64,000 nucleotides of DNA from Candidatus Sumerlaeaceae bacterium (GTDB lineage Bacteria > Sumerlaeota > Sumerlaeia > Sumerlaeales > Sumerlaeaceae): NCBI GenBank assembly GCA_049968255.1, contig JBMFRB010000005.1, forward strand, positions 37,822 to 101,821, given 5' to 3'. Shown here piece after piece: positions 8,543 to 17,539 of the stretch; positions within the stretch are counted from its first letter, which is position 1, and each line of letters opens with the position of its first letter. The notes under the pieces were generated by a model, which was given only the letters and a program-made list of their open reading frames with translations, was not told the DNA's origin and searched no databases. Both the position numbers and the translations under genes were made by a program.

Positions 8543-9691
8543 CTAAACGCCGGGAACTCCCAGCACCTGGTCGCCATTGTAGATATTGGGCGTAGCCTGG
8601 GGCTGCACTTGTCCCGGCTGCTGGCCGGTGGCTCCACTCGCCCGTTTGGGCAAAGGCACGTAACCGGGGGGAAATGGATAACGGGGCAAGGCAGGTGCTT
8701 CGGGGACATAAATTTGGTAGAAGTCGCTTTGCGGGTCGTTCTTGTCAGTGCGGAAAGCCGCAAGAAATTTGTTGTTCCAGTCGCGAAGCAATTCGTCGCG
8801 CTGTTTCTCTTTCTCTAAGATGTTCGGAAACATAGGATTATCCGAGACTGGGTTCAGACTGCAGATGTGGTAGCCGAAGAAGAGCATGGTCGAAGCTTCG
8901 TCAGCGACACGTTGTGCATCAATTTCGAGCCGTTTGCGTCTGTCTGCCTCTGGCTCATAAACAAAGTAGGCTTCCTTGGCTGCTTCTCCAATTGGGGGCC
9001 GATAGAGATTCTCGGCACCGCGAATTGCCGCAATGAGTCGCTTTTTCAAATCATTGCACTCCGGGCCGATATACTTGTCTTTGATTGTCTCGACATTGCC
9101 GCGGATGTCGTCGCCAGCGACGCCGTTGTCATGGATGCCGTCATCGAAGTATTTGTCCTTATCCGTCGCCGGAACGGTGAGGTAGTAGGCATCATCGAGA
9201 AGTGTGCCACACACCGCGCAATAGACCCGACGCCCGACCAGCACTTTGATGGTCGGAATGGGAGTGGGTGTCGCTACCGCACCGGGAGCTGCGGGCGCCA
9301 CCGGTTGCGGAGCTGTGGGGCGCGACAGTCCCGGGATCACATCAGGCGGATTTTGCTCCCCACCTGTGCCCTCCACCCCAGCTGCCACTGCTCCTCCAGG
9401 AGCTGCCGCGGCCGGTGCAGCAGCTCCCAAAGGCGGCGGGGCGGAGAAACCTGCTGCGGGATTGGGCAAAGGCGCGGTCGGAGCCACCCCTGGGCGCATG
9501 TTCGCCGCTTGCACGGCTGCCTGAGCTCGGCCGGTGTAGGTGGCCGGATTCAGGCCGCCACCCGCTGCGCCGGCAGCCAACTGATCCTGCGTGGCCATAG
9601 CGGCACCAAGCTCAACCATTGTTTGGCCGATCACAATTCCACCACAGGCCATTGCACTTACAACTAGCAGGAATAGCTTTGCCTGTTTCAT
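8543..9691 (-). CDS. Secreted hypothetical protein with an Ala/Pro-rich N-region, a CxxC and an Asp/Gly loop (DDGIHDNGVAGDD)
   Basis: Signal peptide MKQAKLFLLVVSAMACGGIVIG; low-complexity linker; globular C-terminal domain. Confidence 0.75.
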   Translation of the reverse strand: MKQAKLFLLVVSAMACGGIVIGQTMVELGAAMATQDQLAAGAAGGGLNPATYTGRAQAAVQAANMRPGVAPTAPLPNPAAGFSAPPPLGAAAPAAAAPGGAVAAGVEGTGGEQNPPDVIPGLSRPTAPQPVAPAAPGAVATPTPIPTIKVLVGRRVYCAVCGTLLDDAYYLTVPATDKDKYFDDGIHDNGVAGDDIRGNVETIKDKYIGPECNDLKKRLIAAIRGAENLYRPPIGEAAKEAYFVYEPEADRRKRLEIDAQRVADEASTMLFFGYHICSLNPVSDNPMFPNILEKEKQRDELLRDWNNKFLAAFRTDKNDPQSDFYQIYVPEAPALPRYPFPPGYVPLPKRASGATGQQPGQVQPQATPNIYNGDQVLGVPGV

Positions 9692-9822
9692 TTTTTGTCG
9701 CTCACTCGCTGCGCGTTCAGTGCAGCACTATAGTATTTCGCTAGCTAGGCCTCGGCAGGAGGCGAGTCAATGCCGTTTTCCTATCTACCAATATCTATTC
9801 AACCACCCATGAATAGCCACAC

Positions 9823-10398
9823 TCAATGGAAAAACGGGTTCGCTTGTGATTCAATTCGAACACTGGTTGGTGGGCCATGCCCTGGATAAATGACCACGGT
9901 GGGGGGCAACGCCAGCACCTTTTGCCGAAGCGCTTCGAGCTGATGGTGCTTTGCGGCTTCATTCGAGGTTCCTCCCACGCTGCCGGCAAAAAGGGCATCC
10001 CCGGAGAAGAGCACTCCGGCCGACGGAACATAAAGCACCATGTGCTCGGCCGTGTGACCTGGCACATGGAATGCCACAGCTCCGACGCTGCCAATCTCTA
10101 ACGGCGTACCATCGGACACGGTCATGGTTTTGCCCGGTGCACATGCCTGGCTCCCGCCGTAGACCTTGGCACCGGGAAACAGTCGGATGTAACTGTCCAC
10201 GGCGCCGTTGTGATCGTAGTGGGCGTGGGTGATGAATATGCCTACTACTCGCAAACGGCTCTGGCGAATCCAATCGATGAGCCGATCTGACATTTCGCCA
10301 ACATCCACCAGCCACGCCACACCTGTTGCTCCATCGCAAGCAACGTAGGTGTTGGCCAATTCGCAGGTCAGCCGAAAATGCCGAACATACAGCCCCAT
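9823..10398 (-). CDS. MBL-fold metallo-hydrolase (glyoxalase II-like)
   Basis: THAHYDH, PGHT, FSGDALF, YPGHGP motifs. Confidence 0.9.
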   Translation of the reverse strand: MGLYVRHFRLTCELANTYVACDGATGVAWLVDVGEMSDRLIDWIRQSRLRVVGIFITHAHYDHNGAVDSYIRLFPGAKVYGGSQACAPGKTMTVSDGTPLEIGSVGAVAFHVPGHTAEHMVLYVPSAGVLFSGDALFAGSVGGTSNEAAKHHQLEALRQKVLALPPTVVIYPGHGPPTSVRIESQANPFFH

Positions 10399-10424
10399 CG
10401 TGGCGCCTCTCCCACTGTTTGCAT

Positions 10425-12230
10425 CTATGTGCGCTCCGCGATAATTTTTTCTACATCTGCCATGTATTGCCGGAGTTTTTCTTCGGCGGCCATGACACGC
10501 GGCAGCACGTCCTCGCGACTTGCAAAGGGAGCGCCTTCGCGATCCGCGAGCATAAAGTAGAATTTGATTTTGGGTTCGGTGCCAGACGGACGAGCCACGA
10601 TTTGACTGCCATTGGCGAGTTCGAAGATCAATACGTTGCTACGCGGCAGGCCTGGCCCGCGTCCACGCTTGCCTGTCGCAAGCTCCAAGCGGCTGTCAGA
10701 ATCAATGTCAGTCATTGCGATCACTTTCACACCAGCAACCTCCGTGGGCGGAGCAGAACGCAATGATTGCATGAGGCGATTGATCTGCTGCATTCCCGCC
10801 ATGCCGGGCATGGTTTTTGAGAGTTGCGTCTCGAGGTAAACACCGTAACGGGCGTAAATATCATGGAGCAAGTCCACAAGGGTCAAACCATTGACTTTGG
10901 CCCACAGCGCCAGCTCAGCCGTCAGGCAAGCAGCCACCACGGAATCTTTGTCCCGCGCATGCGTTCCAGCTAAGTAGCCATAGCTTTCCTCGAAGCCAAA
11001 CAGAAAACGTTTCGATGGCTGTTCCGGCGAGCCGCTTTCCTCATACTGGCGAATGAGGGCACCGATGTATTTGAATCCGGTCAGACAATTCTCGACTTCG
11101 ACGCCGAAGTCTGCGGCAATGGCTTCAACGAGTTTGGTGCTGACAATGGTTTTGATCACCACGCCGTTGGGCGCAAGCGCACCTTGTTCCTTGAGCGTCG
11201 AGCAAATGTACCAGGTCAGAAGCGACCCAAGCTGGTTGCCGGTCAGAAGACGGTACTCACCCTTGTGGCGCACGGCGATGCCCAAGCGATCGGCATCGGG
11301 ATCTGTGGCGAGCACCAGATCGCCATTGCAGCGGGTCGCCAATGCCAGGGCCAGCTCCATCGCTGCTTTTTCTTCGGGATTTGGCGATTTCGTGGTCGGG
11401 AAGTCGCCGTTGGGCTCAGCCTGCTCTTCCACCATATGCAAGTCGAAGAATCCCCACCTGCGCAGGGCATCGGGCACAAGCTTGATACCGGTGCCATGCA
11501 ATGGCGTGTAAACAATACGCAGTTCGCCGCCGCGCTCGAAGGTGAGCTCTTTGCGCAGCCGCACCGCTTCGAGAGCTTCAAGGTAGAGGCGATCAACCGT
11601 GCCACCGATGATGTGGATTTCATCCTTTTGTACGGCTTTCTCGTAATCGGCCAGCTTGACCTGCGTCATCGAGGTAACATTGCGGACTTCCTCGATAATG
11701 GCGCGATCATGAGGTGGTACGACTTGTGCACCATCGCTCCAGTAGACTTTGTAACCATTGTATTCCTTGGGATTGTGACTCGCCGTAATCACAATTCCGG
11801 CCTTGGCCTTGAAATGCCGCACTGCAAAGGAGAGTTCTGGCGTAGGTCGAACATCTTCGAACAGATAGGCTTTTAGGCCATTGCCGGCAATGACGCGGGC
11901 AGCTTCGCGGGCAAATTCGGCACTGCGATGGCGGGAATCGTAGGCGATGCAAACACCGGCTGGTAGGCCACATTGTTTAAGAATGTAATTGACGAGCCCT
12001 TGAGTGGCCCGAGCCACAATCACACGATTCATGCGGTTCGTGCCTGCGCCCATGATTCCGCGCAAACCGCCAGTCCCAAAGTCGAGCTCCTGATAGAAGG
12101 CGTCGGCGACCGCAGTAACATCACCTTTTTCTAGGGCGTCGAGGAGAAGCTCGACAGTCTCGCGCACCGTTTCGGCATCGGCACCCTTCACAAATTCTCG
12201 GACTTTTACGGAAATCTCCTTATCTAACAT
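10425..12230 (-). CDS. pgm: Phosphoglucomutase/phosphomannomutase
   Basis: FGTGGLRG, TASHNP catalytic Ser, DPDADR, FEESYG, RPSGTEPKIK; SD GGAGGGAG before ATG 12230. Confidence 0.93.
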   Translation of the reverse strand: MLDKEISVKVREFVKGADAETVRETVELLLDALEKGDVTAVADAFYQELDFGTGGLRGIMGAGTNRMNRVIVARATQGLVNYILKQCGLPAGVCIAYDSRHRSAEFAREAARVIAGNGLKAYLFEDVRPTPELSFAVRHFKAKAGIVITASHNPKEYNGYKVYWSDGAQVVPPHDRAIIEEVRNVTSMTQVKLADYEKAVQKDEIHIIGGTVDRLYLEALEAVRLRKELTFERGGELRIVYTPLHGTGIKLVPDALRRWGFFDLHMVEEQAEPNGDFPTTKSPNPEEKAAMELALALATRCNGDLVLATDPDADRLGIAVRHKGEYRLLTGNQLGSLLTWYICSTLKEQGALAPNGVVIKTIVSTKLVEAIAADFGVEVENCLTGFKYIGALIRQYEESGSPEQPSKRFLFGFEESYGYLAGTHARDKDSVVAACLTAELALWAKVNGLTLVDLLHDIYARYGVYLETQLSKTMPGMAGMQQINRLMQSLRSAPPTEVAGVKVIAMTDIDSDSRLELATGKRGRGPGLPRSNVLIFELANGSQIVARPSGTEPKIKFYFMLADREGAPFASREDVLPRVMAAEEKLRQYMADVEKIIAERT

Positions 12231-12318
12231 GCTCCCTCCTGAGGACCTGGTGTCGAACACTTGAAGTGCACTACGAATGAGCGGAGTTGTTCAAGCAGAA
12301 GTCGCCGCAGGACAGCAT

Positions 12319-13278
12319 CTAATTTTTCGGTTCAAGAAGCGCAGGGAGGGCTACCAAGGTGAATCCGCGCTCGCGCAAGCGCGCAGCAATCTCAGGCACA
12401 GCGACACGCGTGGCTTTGACGTTGACGTGCATCAAAATGATCGCGCCATCGAGCAAATCGTCCGACTGTGCTAAGGAAGCTTTTGGATTTGTGACTCGAT
12501 CGACAAGAAACTGCGGCGACTTTGGCTCACCATAAGAATCGAGCGAATCAAGGGTCCAGTAAACCGACCGGAAGCCTGCGGCTGCAGCTGCGCGCAAAAC
12601 ATGCGCGTTGCGGTCGCCATAGGGTGGACGCCAATAAGGCCGCGTTGTGCGCCCCGTCAGTGAGGCTATCAGATCATCTGTGTTTTTTAGTTCTTTCTGT
12701 ATCTGCGCGTCGGTGAGCTTGGTGAAATACGGATGAGACCATGAATGGTTGAAGATGGGATAACCGGCGGCTGCGGCACGACAGACCCAGTCGGAATTCC
12801 TTCGGGCAAAGGCGCCCGTGACAAAGAAAGTCGCGGGAATGTGCTCGGCGATAAGGACATCGAGAAGTTCGGGCGCTGATTCGAGCTCGCCCCCAGCATC
12901 AAATGTGAGTGCTAGGGCGCGTTGGCCGCGTGGGCCGCGCCAGATTTCACGAGCCATTTGAACTCGCGGCGAAAAAAACGACGGCGATGTTGTCTCCCGG
13001 GCGAAACAATTTGGGGGCAGCCGGAGCACTTGCCCTTCACGAAGAGTCTGCCAGGTGAGATGGTTTAGCGCGAGAAGCTCGTGGCTTGTCGTGCCACAGA
13101 CCCCAGCAATCGCAGCCAGGGAATCGCTCGCGCCGAAAACATAAGGTCCGGCAAACTCGTGCTGGGCGTGGGCTTGCAGGCTGAACCAGAGAACACAAGG
13201 CACAATCGCGCACACATACGCTACACTGCCTGCGGCTGCACGGGATGAGCCATGCCTCAGTCTGCGCCCTGGCTGCAT
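12319..13278 (-). CDS. Secreted LysM-domain polysaccharide/peptidoglycan deacetylase (CE4/NodB)
   Basis: ATG 13278 overlaps the upstream TGA; signal ending AHA-Q; LysM (DSLAAIA...LLALN...GQVLRLP); TFDAG, NHSWSH, RPPYG, ILMH. Confidence 0.85.
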   Translation of the reverse strand: MQPGRRLRHGSSRAAAGSVAYVCAIVPCVLWFSLQAHAQHEFAGPYVFGASDSLAAIAGVCGTTSHELLALNHLTWQTLREGQVLRLPPNCFARETTSPSFFSPRVQMAREIWRGPRGQRALALTFDAGGELESAPELLDVLIAEHIPATFFVTGAFARRNSDWVCRAAAAGYPIFNHSWSHPYFTKLTDAQIQKELKNTDDLIASLTGRTTRPYWRPPYGDRNAHVLRAAAAAGFRSVYWTLDSLDSYGEPKSPQFLVDRVTNPKASLAQSDDLLDGAIILMHVNVKATRVAVPEIAARLRERGFTLVALPALLEPKN

Positions 13279-14243
13279 CAGGTCACCTCGATTTCCTTTT
13301 CTGGTGCCAACTCTTGGGTCCGCGCTCGGTCCAGAGTGATGAGCACCACAGCCAACACAATTAAAGCTCCGCCACCAAGCACACGCAAACCTATTGGCTC
13401 GTTGCGAATGGCCCAACCAAGCGCGACAGCAACGAGCGGATTGACGAACGCGTAAGAGGTAGCAAGGGCTGGACGTGTGTGCTCCAGAAGATAGATGTAA
13501 GAGGAGAAACCGATAAGAGAGCCAAAGACGATCAAATAGGCAAGGGCGGCGAGCGACTGCCAGCTCATCTCGCCTAGGCGCAGACGCGCTAGTTCGCCGA
13601 GCAGAAGTCCCGCCAGGCACAGCTCTACACCACCGACAAGCATTTCCAGGCCTATGGTTAAGGATTTCGAGCGCGGCAATTGCGCCCGGCGCGCCTGATG
13701 AGAGCCAATGGCCCAACCCAGTGTTGCCCCTAATGCCGCGAGGGCAGAAAGCAAGTCCACATGGAGTTCTTGAGTCCCGCGCGGCATCATGAGCCAACCA
13801 AGTCCAGCCATTCCCATGACGAGCGCGACCATCGTGAGTGGGCGCGGTGGCCCGTCCGCTCCGGCAAGCCAACCGACAAGCACCATCGACAGTGGTGTGG
13901 CCCCTACAAGCAGCGCGAGCAGGCCGCTTGGCAATTTCTGCGCCGCCCAAACGACGAGGCCGTTGCCTCCGAGGAGCAAAAATGTTCCGACGATAGCAAC
14001 ACTGCGCCATTCGTTGCGCGTTGGCATGGGAGCGCCACGCAGCCATGCATAGGTTGCGAGGATTCCGCCCGCGATCAGCATGCGCACCCCTGCCATGAGC
14101 AGCGGTGGAATCGTCTCGATGGCAATACGGATCGCCAGATAGGTTGAGCCCCAAACGAGGTAGAGCACGATCAGCGCTGTGAGAACCCAAGGTGTGAGCC
14201 CGGACTGGGGGGCAGTGGCTCGTAGGGTCACTTGAGCATCCAT
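13278..14243 (-). CDS. EamA/DMT family exporter (YedA-like)
   Basis: YLVWGSTYLAIR, GGNGLV, YLIVFGSLIGFSSY, SYAFVNPLVAV; about 10 TM helices; start uncertain. Confidence 0.9.
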   Translation of the reverse strand: MDAQVTLRATAPQSGLTPWVLTALIVLYLVWGSTYLAIRIAIETIPPLLMAGVRMLIAGGILATYAWLRGAPMPTRNEWRSVAIVGTFLLLGGNGLVVWAAQKLPSGLLALLVGATPLSMVLVGWLAGADGPPRPLTMVALVMGMAGLGWLMMPRGTQELHVDLLSALAALGATLGWAIGSHQARRAQLPRSKSLTIGLEMLVGGVELCLAGLLLGELARLRLGEMSWQSLAALAYLIVFGSLIGFSSYIYLLEHTRPALATSYAFVNPLVAVALGWAIRNEPIGLRVLGGGALIVLAVVLITLDRARTQELAPEKEIEVT

Positions 14244-14419
14244 AGCGCTGCAGCCAGCGGTGTCACAAACAGCACCCACCCCCACGGCAGCATCTTGATT
14301 GACTTGCCCATCCCCGAAAGAGCTGCCGCGTGGCGAAGTGGCTCTATCCACATCGCCTTGCAAGCTGATATGCGGCGCTGAGTGATTCACCTGTTTTTAT
14401 GCAATATTTCTACCGCGCT

Positions 14420-14446
14420 AAGCGCTCTGTGATTGACAGAGCGCTT
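14420..14446. promoter_or_regulatory. Perfect 11-bp inverted repeat containing TTGACA in the divergent eamA/ileS intergenic region
   Basis: AAGCGCTCTGT-GATTG-ACAGAGCGCTT. Confidence 0.4.
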
Positions 14447-14701
14447 GAATTTTCCCTCGCAACGCCTAGCGCCCGAAGAGAAAGTGGTTTTTTCTTTCGT
14501 GCGACACGTGCGCTAGTCAGAGGAAAAAAAACATGGGCGCTCTGGCGCTAACAAGTTCTATTGCTGTTGCTGGGCAACTGGTACACATTCCGGCTCGCGC
14601 AAGCTCGTGGGACTTCCCAACCACGTTTTCACGCTGCGACTAGCTCACGCTGCACATTTTTTTGTCGCTTATGTATTATTGCGCGTAATTCTGGGACAAC
14701 C

Positions 14702-17539
14702 ATGACAACGGAAGCCGATAAACGAGATTTCAAAGCTACTTTATGTTTGCCTAAGACGGATTTCCCGATGCGTGCGAATTTGGCGCAGCGGGAGCCAGAG
14801 ATTCTGGCACGTTGGAAAAAGGAAAGGCTCTACGAGAAGCTGCAGGCGCGTCCGGCGCAAGGCGAATTTATTCTCCATGATGGGCCGCCTTACGCGAATG
14901 GGCACATTCATATCGGCCACGCCCTTAATAAAATCCTCAAGGATATCGTGGTGCGCTATCACTCGATGCTGGGCAAGCGGGCGCCGTATGTTCCGGGGTG
15001 GGATTGTCATGGTCTGCCAATCGAACAAAAAGTGTCGAGCGAGCTTGGTCCTCGCAAAGCCGAGAAAACGGCACTGGAAATTCGGCACTTGTGCGAAGAG
15101 TATGCCTTGAAGTGGGCGCGCACGCAGAGTGAGGAGTTTCAGCGCTTGGGTGTACAGGGCGACTGGGAGCATCCTTATCTCACACTTCAGCCCGAGGTGG
15201 AAGTGGGCATTGTGGGCGCACTGCGTGACCTCGTGGCCGGCGGCTATATCTACAAAGGAATGAAACCGGTTTTCTGGTGCGCGGAGTGTCAAACGGCGCT
15301 GGCCGACGCTGAAGTCGAATACGAACAGCATACGTCACATTCGATTTACGTAAAATTTCCGATTATCGCGCCAGAGCAGCGTCCTGCGGTGGCTGATCTC
15401 ACACGGCCGAGCATCGTCATCTGGACGACGACCCCGTGGACCCTCCCAGCGAACTTGGCAATCTCGCTTCATCCAGATTTCGTGTATGTGGCGTTGCGCG
15501 TAAAGGGGCCAGACGGCCAGCCAGAGGACTACATTGTGGCGAAAGATCTGGCACAGAGTTTTGCGCGCGATGCACAGATTGGCGACTACGAGATCGTGAA
15601 GGAGCTCCGCGCGAGCGATCTGGAACTGCTCGAATGTGAGCATCCGGTACAACCGGATAAAACGTCCAAGGTGATTCTTGGGACACACGTGACCGCAGAG
15701 CAGGGCACCGGAGCGGTGCATACCGCGCCTGGACATGGCATGGAGGACTTCGTCGTATGCCAAGCTTACGGCATCCCAACATTCGTGCCTGTGGACGCAA
15801 AGGGTTGCTTCACGAGCGACTTTCAGCTTATGGAAGGGATGAACGTTTGGGAAGCTAACGGTCCGATTATCCGCTATCTTGACGAACGCGATCTTCTGGT
15901 GAAAGCGGGCACGATCGAGCACAGCTATCCGCATTGTTGGCGATGTCACCAGCCTATTATTTATCGGGCCACGGAACAATGGTTTCTGCGCGTGGACCAC
16001 AACGAGCTGCGCACGAAAGCGCTAAAATTCATCGATGAAGCCATTGAATGGATCCCGAAATGGGGACATGACCGCATTTACAATATGATGGCCACGCGGC
16101 CGGACTGGTGCCTCTCGCGCCAGCGCGTGTGGGGCGTTCCGATCCCGGCCGTTATCTGCAAGCAATGCCGCCGCTCTACGTTGGACGTCCAGGTCATTGA
16201 GCGTTTTATGGAGCACGTCGCAAAGCGCGGCACGAATGTCTGGTTCGAGGCACCGGTCGAAACATTCCTGCCCGATGGCTTCCAATGCCCCGCATGCGGC
16301 GCGACGCAATTCGACAAGGAAGATAATATCCTCGACGTGTGGTTCGATTCTGGCTCAACACATCTGGCGGTACTCGAACGACGGCAAGAATTGCGCTGGC
16401 CAGCGGACCTTTACCTCGAAGGAAGCGATCAACATCGCGGGTGGTTCCAGAGCAGCCTCATCGTGGCCCTCGGCACGCGCCAGGCTCCGCCGTATCGCGC
16501 GGTGCTGACACACGGGTTCGTGCTCGACGGCAAAGGCGAAGCGATGAGCAAATCCAAGGGCAACGTGATTGCGCCTGAGCAAGTCATCGCCAAGTATGGC
16601 GCCGACGTGCTGCGGCTGTGGGTGGCTTCGCAGGATTATCGTGGGGACTGTCGCGTTTCGCAGGAAATTCTCGAGCGGGTGGGCGAAGCCTATCGCCGCA
16701 TTCGAAACACATTCCGGTTCCTGCTCGGCAATCTTTCCGACTTTGATCCCGCGCAACACACAGTGCCTTACGGAGATCTCCTGGAGATTGATCGCTGGAT
16801 CCTCCACGAGCTGTTCAAGCTCAACAAGCAGGTGCGGCAGGCTTACGCTGACTACGAGTTCCACAAGATCTATCACTGGTTGCATGAGTTCTGTGTGGTG
16901 CAGCTCAGTGCAATTTACCTGGATATCATCAAGGATCGCCTTTACTGCTCGGGGGCTAATTCGCCAGAGCGTCGCGCGGCACAGACCACGCAATACTATC
17001 TGTTCCACCATCTTGTACGGCTGGCAGCGCCGATTCTTGTTTTTACCACGGACGAGGCCTTCACGCATTTGAGCGGCACCGGCCCAAGTGTCCACCTCGA
17101 CACCTTCCTTGAACCTGATCCGCAGTGGGAACAGCCTTCGCTGAGCGAAGAATGGCAACAGTTGCTAGAAGTGCGCGGCGAGGTGCTGCGCGCGCTGGAG
17201 GATGCTCGGCAGGTGAAGCGCGCCATCGGACAATCGCTTGAAGCATGCGTGGCCCTTATGCCAAAATCGCCGCAATGGCGGGCGTTGCTCGAACGCCACA
17301 CGCACCTGCTGGCAGAAATTTTCATTACGTCCCAAGCTGAAATTGTTGACGAAGCGATTCCGGAAGAGACTATAGTCACATCTTTCGAGGGAACAACCAC
17401 ACAGGTTTTCGTGGCAAAAGCTCTCGGTAACAAATGCGAGCGATGTTGGCGGGTTCTCCCGAGTGTGGGAAAAGATGCCGACTATCCGACAATCTGCGAC
17501 AGGTGCGCAAACGTCGTGCGGAGGTACTACAATGGCTAA
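14702..17539 (+). CDS. ileS: Isoleucyl-tRNA synthetase (IleRS1 type)
   Basis: LHDGPPYANGHIHIGH (HIGH), GWDCHGLP, WTTTPWT, GTGAVHTAPGHG, AMSKSKGN (KMSKS-like), C-terminal CERCW...CDRC zinc finger. Confidence 0.97.
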   Translation: MTTEADKRDFKATLCLPKTDFPMRANLAQREPEILARWKKERLYEKLQARPAQGEFILHDGPPYANGHIHIGHALNKILKDIVVRYHSMLGKRAPYVPGWDCHGLPIEQKVSSELGPRKAEKTALEIRHLCEEYALKWARTQSEEFQRLGVQGDWEHPYLTLQPEVEVGIVGALRDLVAGGYIYKGMKPVFWCAECQTALADAEVEYEQHTSHSIYVKFPIIAPEQRPAVADLTRPSIVIWTTTPWTLPANLAISLHPDFVYVALRVKGPDGQPEDYIVAKDLAQSFARDAQIGDYEIVKELRASDLELLECEHPVQPDKTSKVILGTHVTAEQGTGAVHTAPGHGMEDFVVCQAYGIPTFVPVDAKGCFTSDFQLMEGMNVWEANGPIIRYLDERDLLVKAGTIEHSYPHCWRCHQPIIYRATEQWFLRVDHNELRTKALKFIDEAIEWIPKWGHDRIYNMMATRPDWCLSRQRVWGVPIPAVICKQCRRSTLDVQVIERFMEHVAKRGTNVWFEAPVETFLPDGFQCPACGATQFDKEDNILDVWFDSGSTHLAVLERRQELRWPADLYLEGSDQHRGWFQSSLIVALGTRQAPPYRAVLTHGFVLDGKGEAMSKSKGNVIAPEQVIAKYGADVLRLWVASQDYRGDCRVSQEILERVGEAYRRIRNTFRFLLGNLSDFDPAQHTVPYGDLLEIDRWILHELFKLNKQVRQAYADYEFHKIYHWLHEFCVVQLSAIYLDIIKDRLYCSGANSPERRAAQTTQYYLFHHLVRLAAPILVFTTDEAFTHLSGTGPSVHLDTFLEPDPQWEQPSLSEEWQQLLEVRGEVLRALEDARQVKRAIGQSLEACVALMPKSPQWRALLERHTHLLAEIFITSQAEIVDEAIPEETIVTSFEGTTTQVFVAKALGNKCERCWRVLPSVGKDADYPTICDRCANVVRRYYNG

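Noticed and set aside
9600-9691. G-QTMVE looks like a prepilin/Tad cleavage site
   Set aside because: The hydrophobic segment lies before, not after, the motif, which fits an ordinary Sec signal peptide
12319-14190. 623-aa ORF suggesting a long N-terminal fusion to the deacetylase
   Set aside because: The first ~300 codons are an off-frame read of the eamA gene; the credible start is ATG 13278, overlapping the eamA stop
14244-14701. Possible T-box riboswitch upstream of ileS
   Set aside because: No AAGGTGGTACC-type T-box sequence or terminator/antiterminator pair seen
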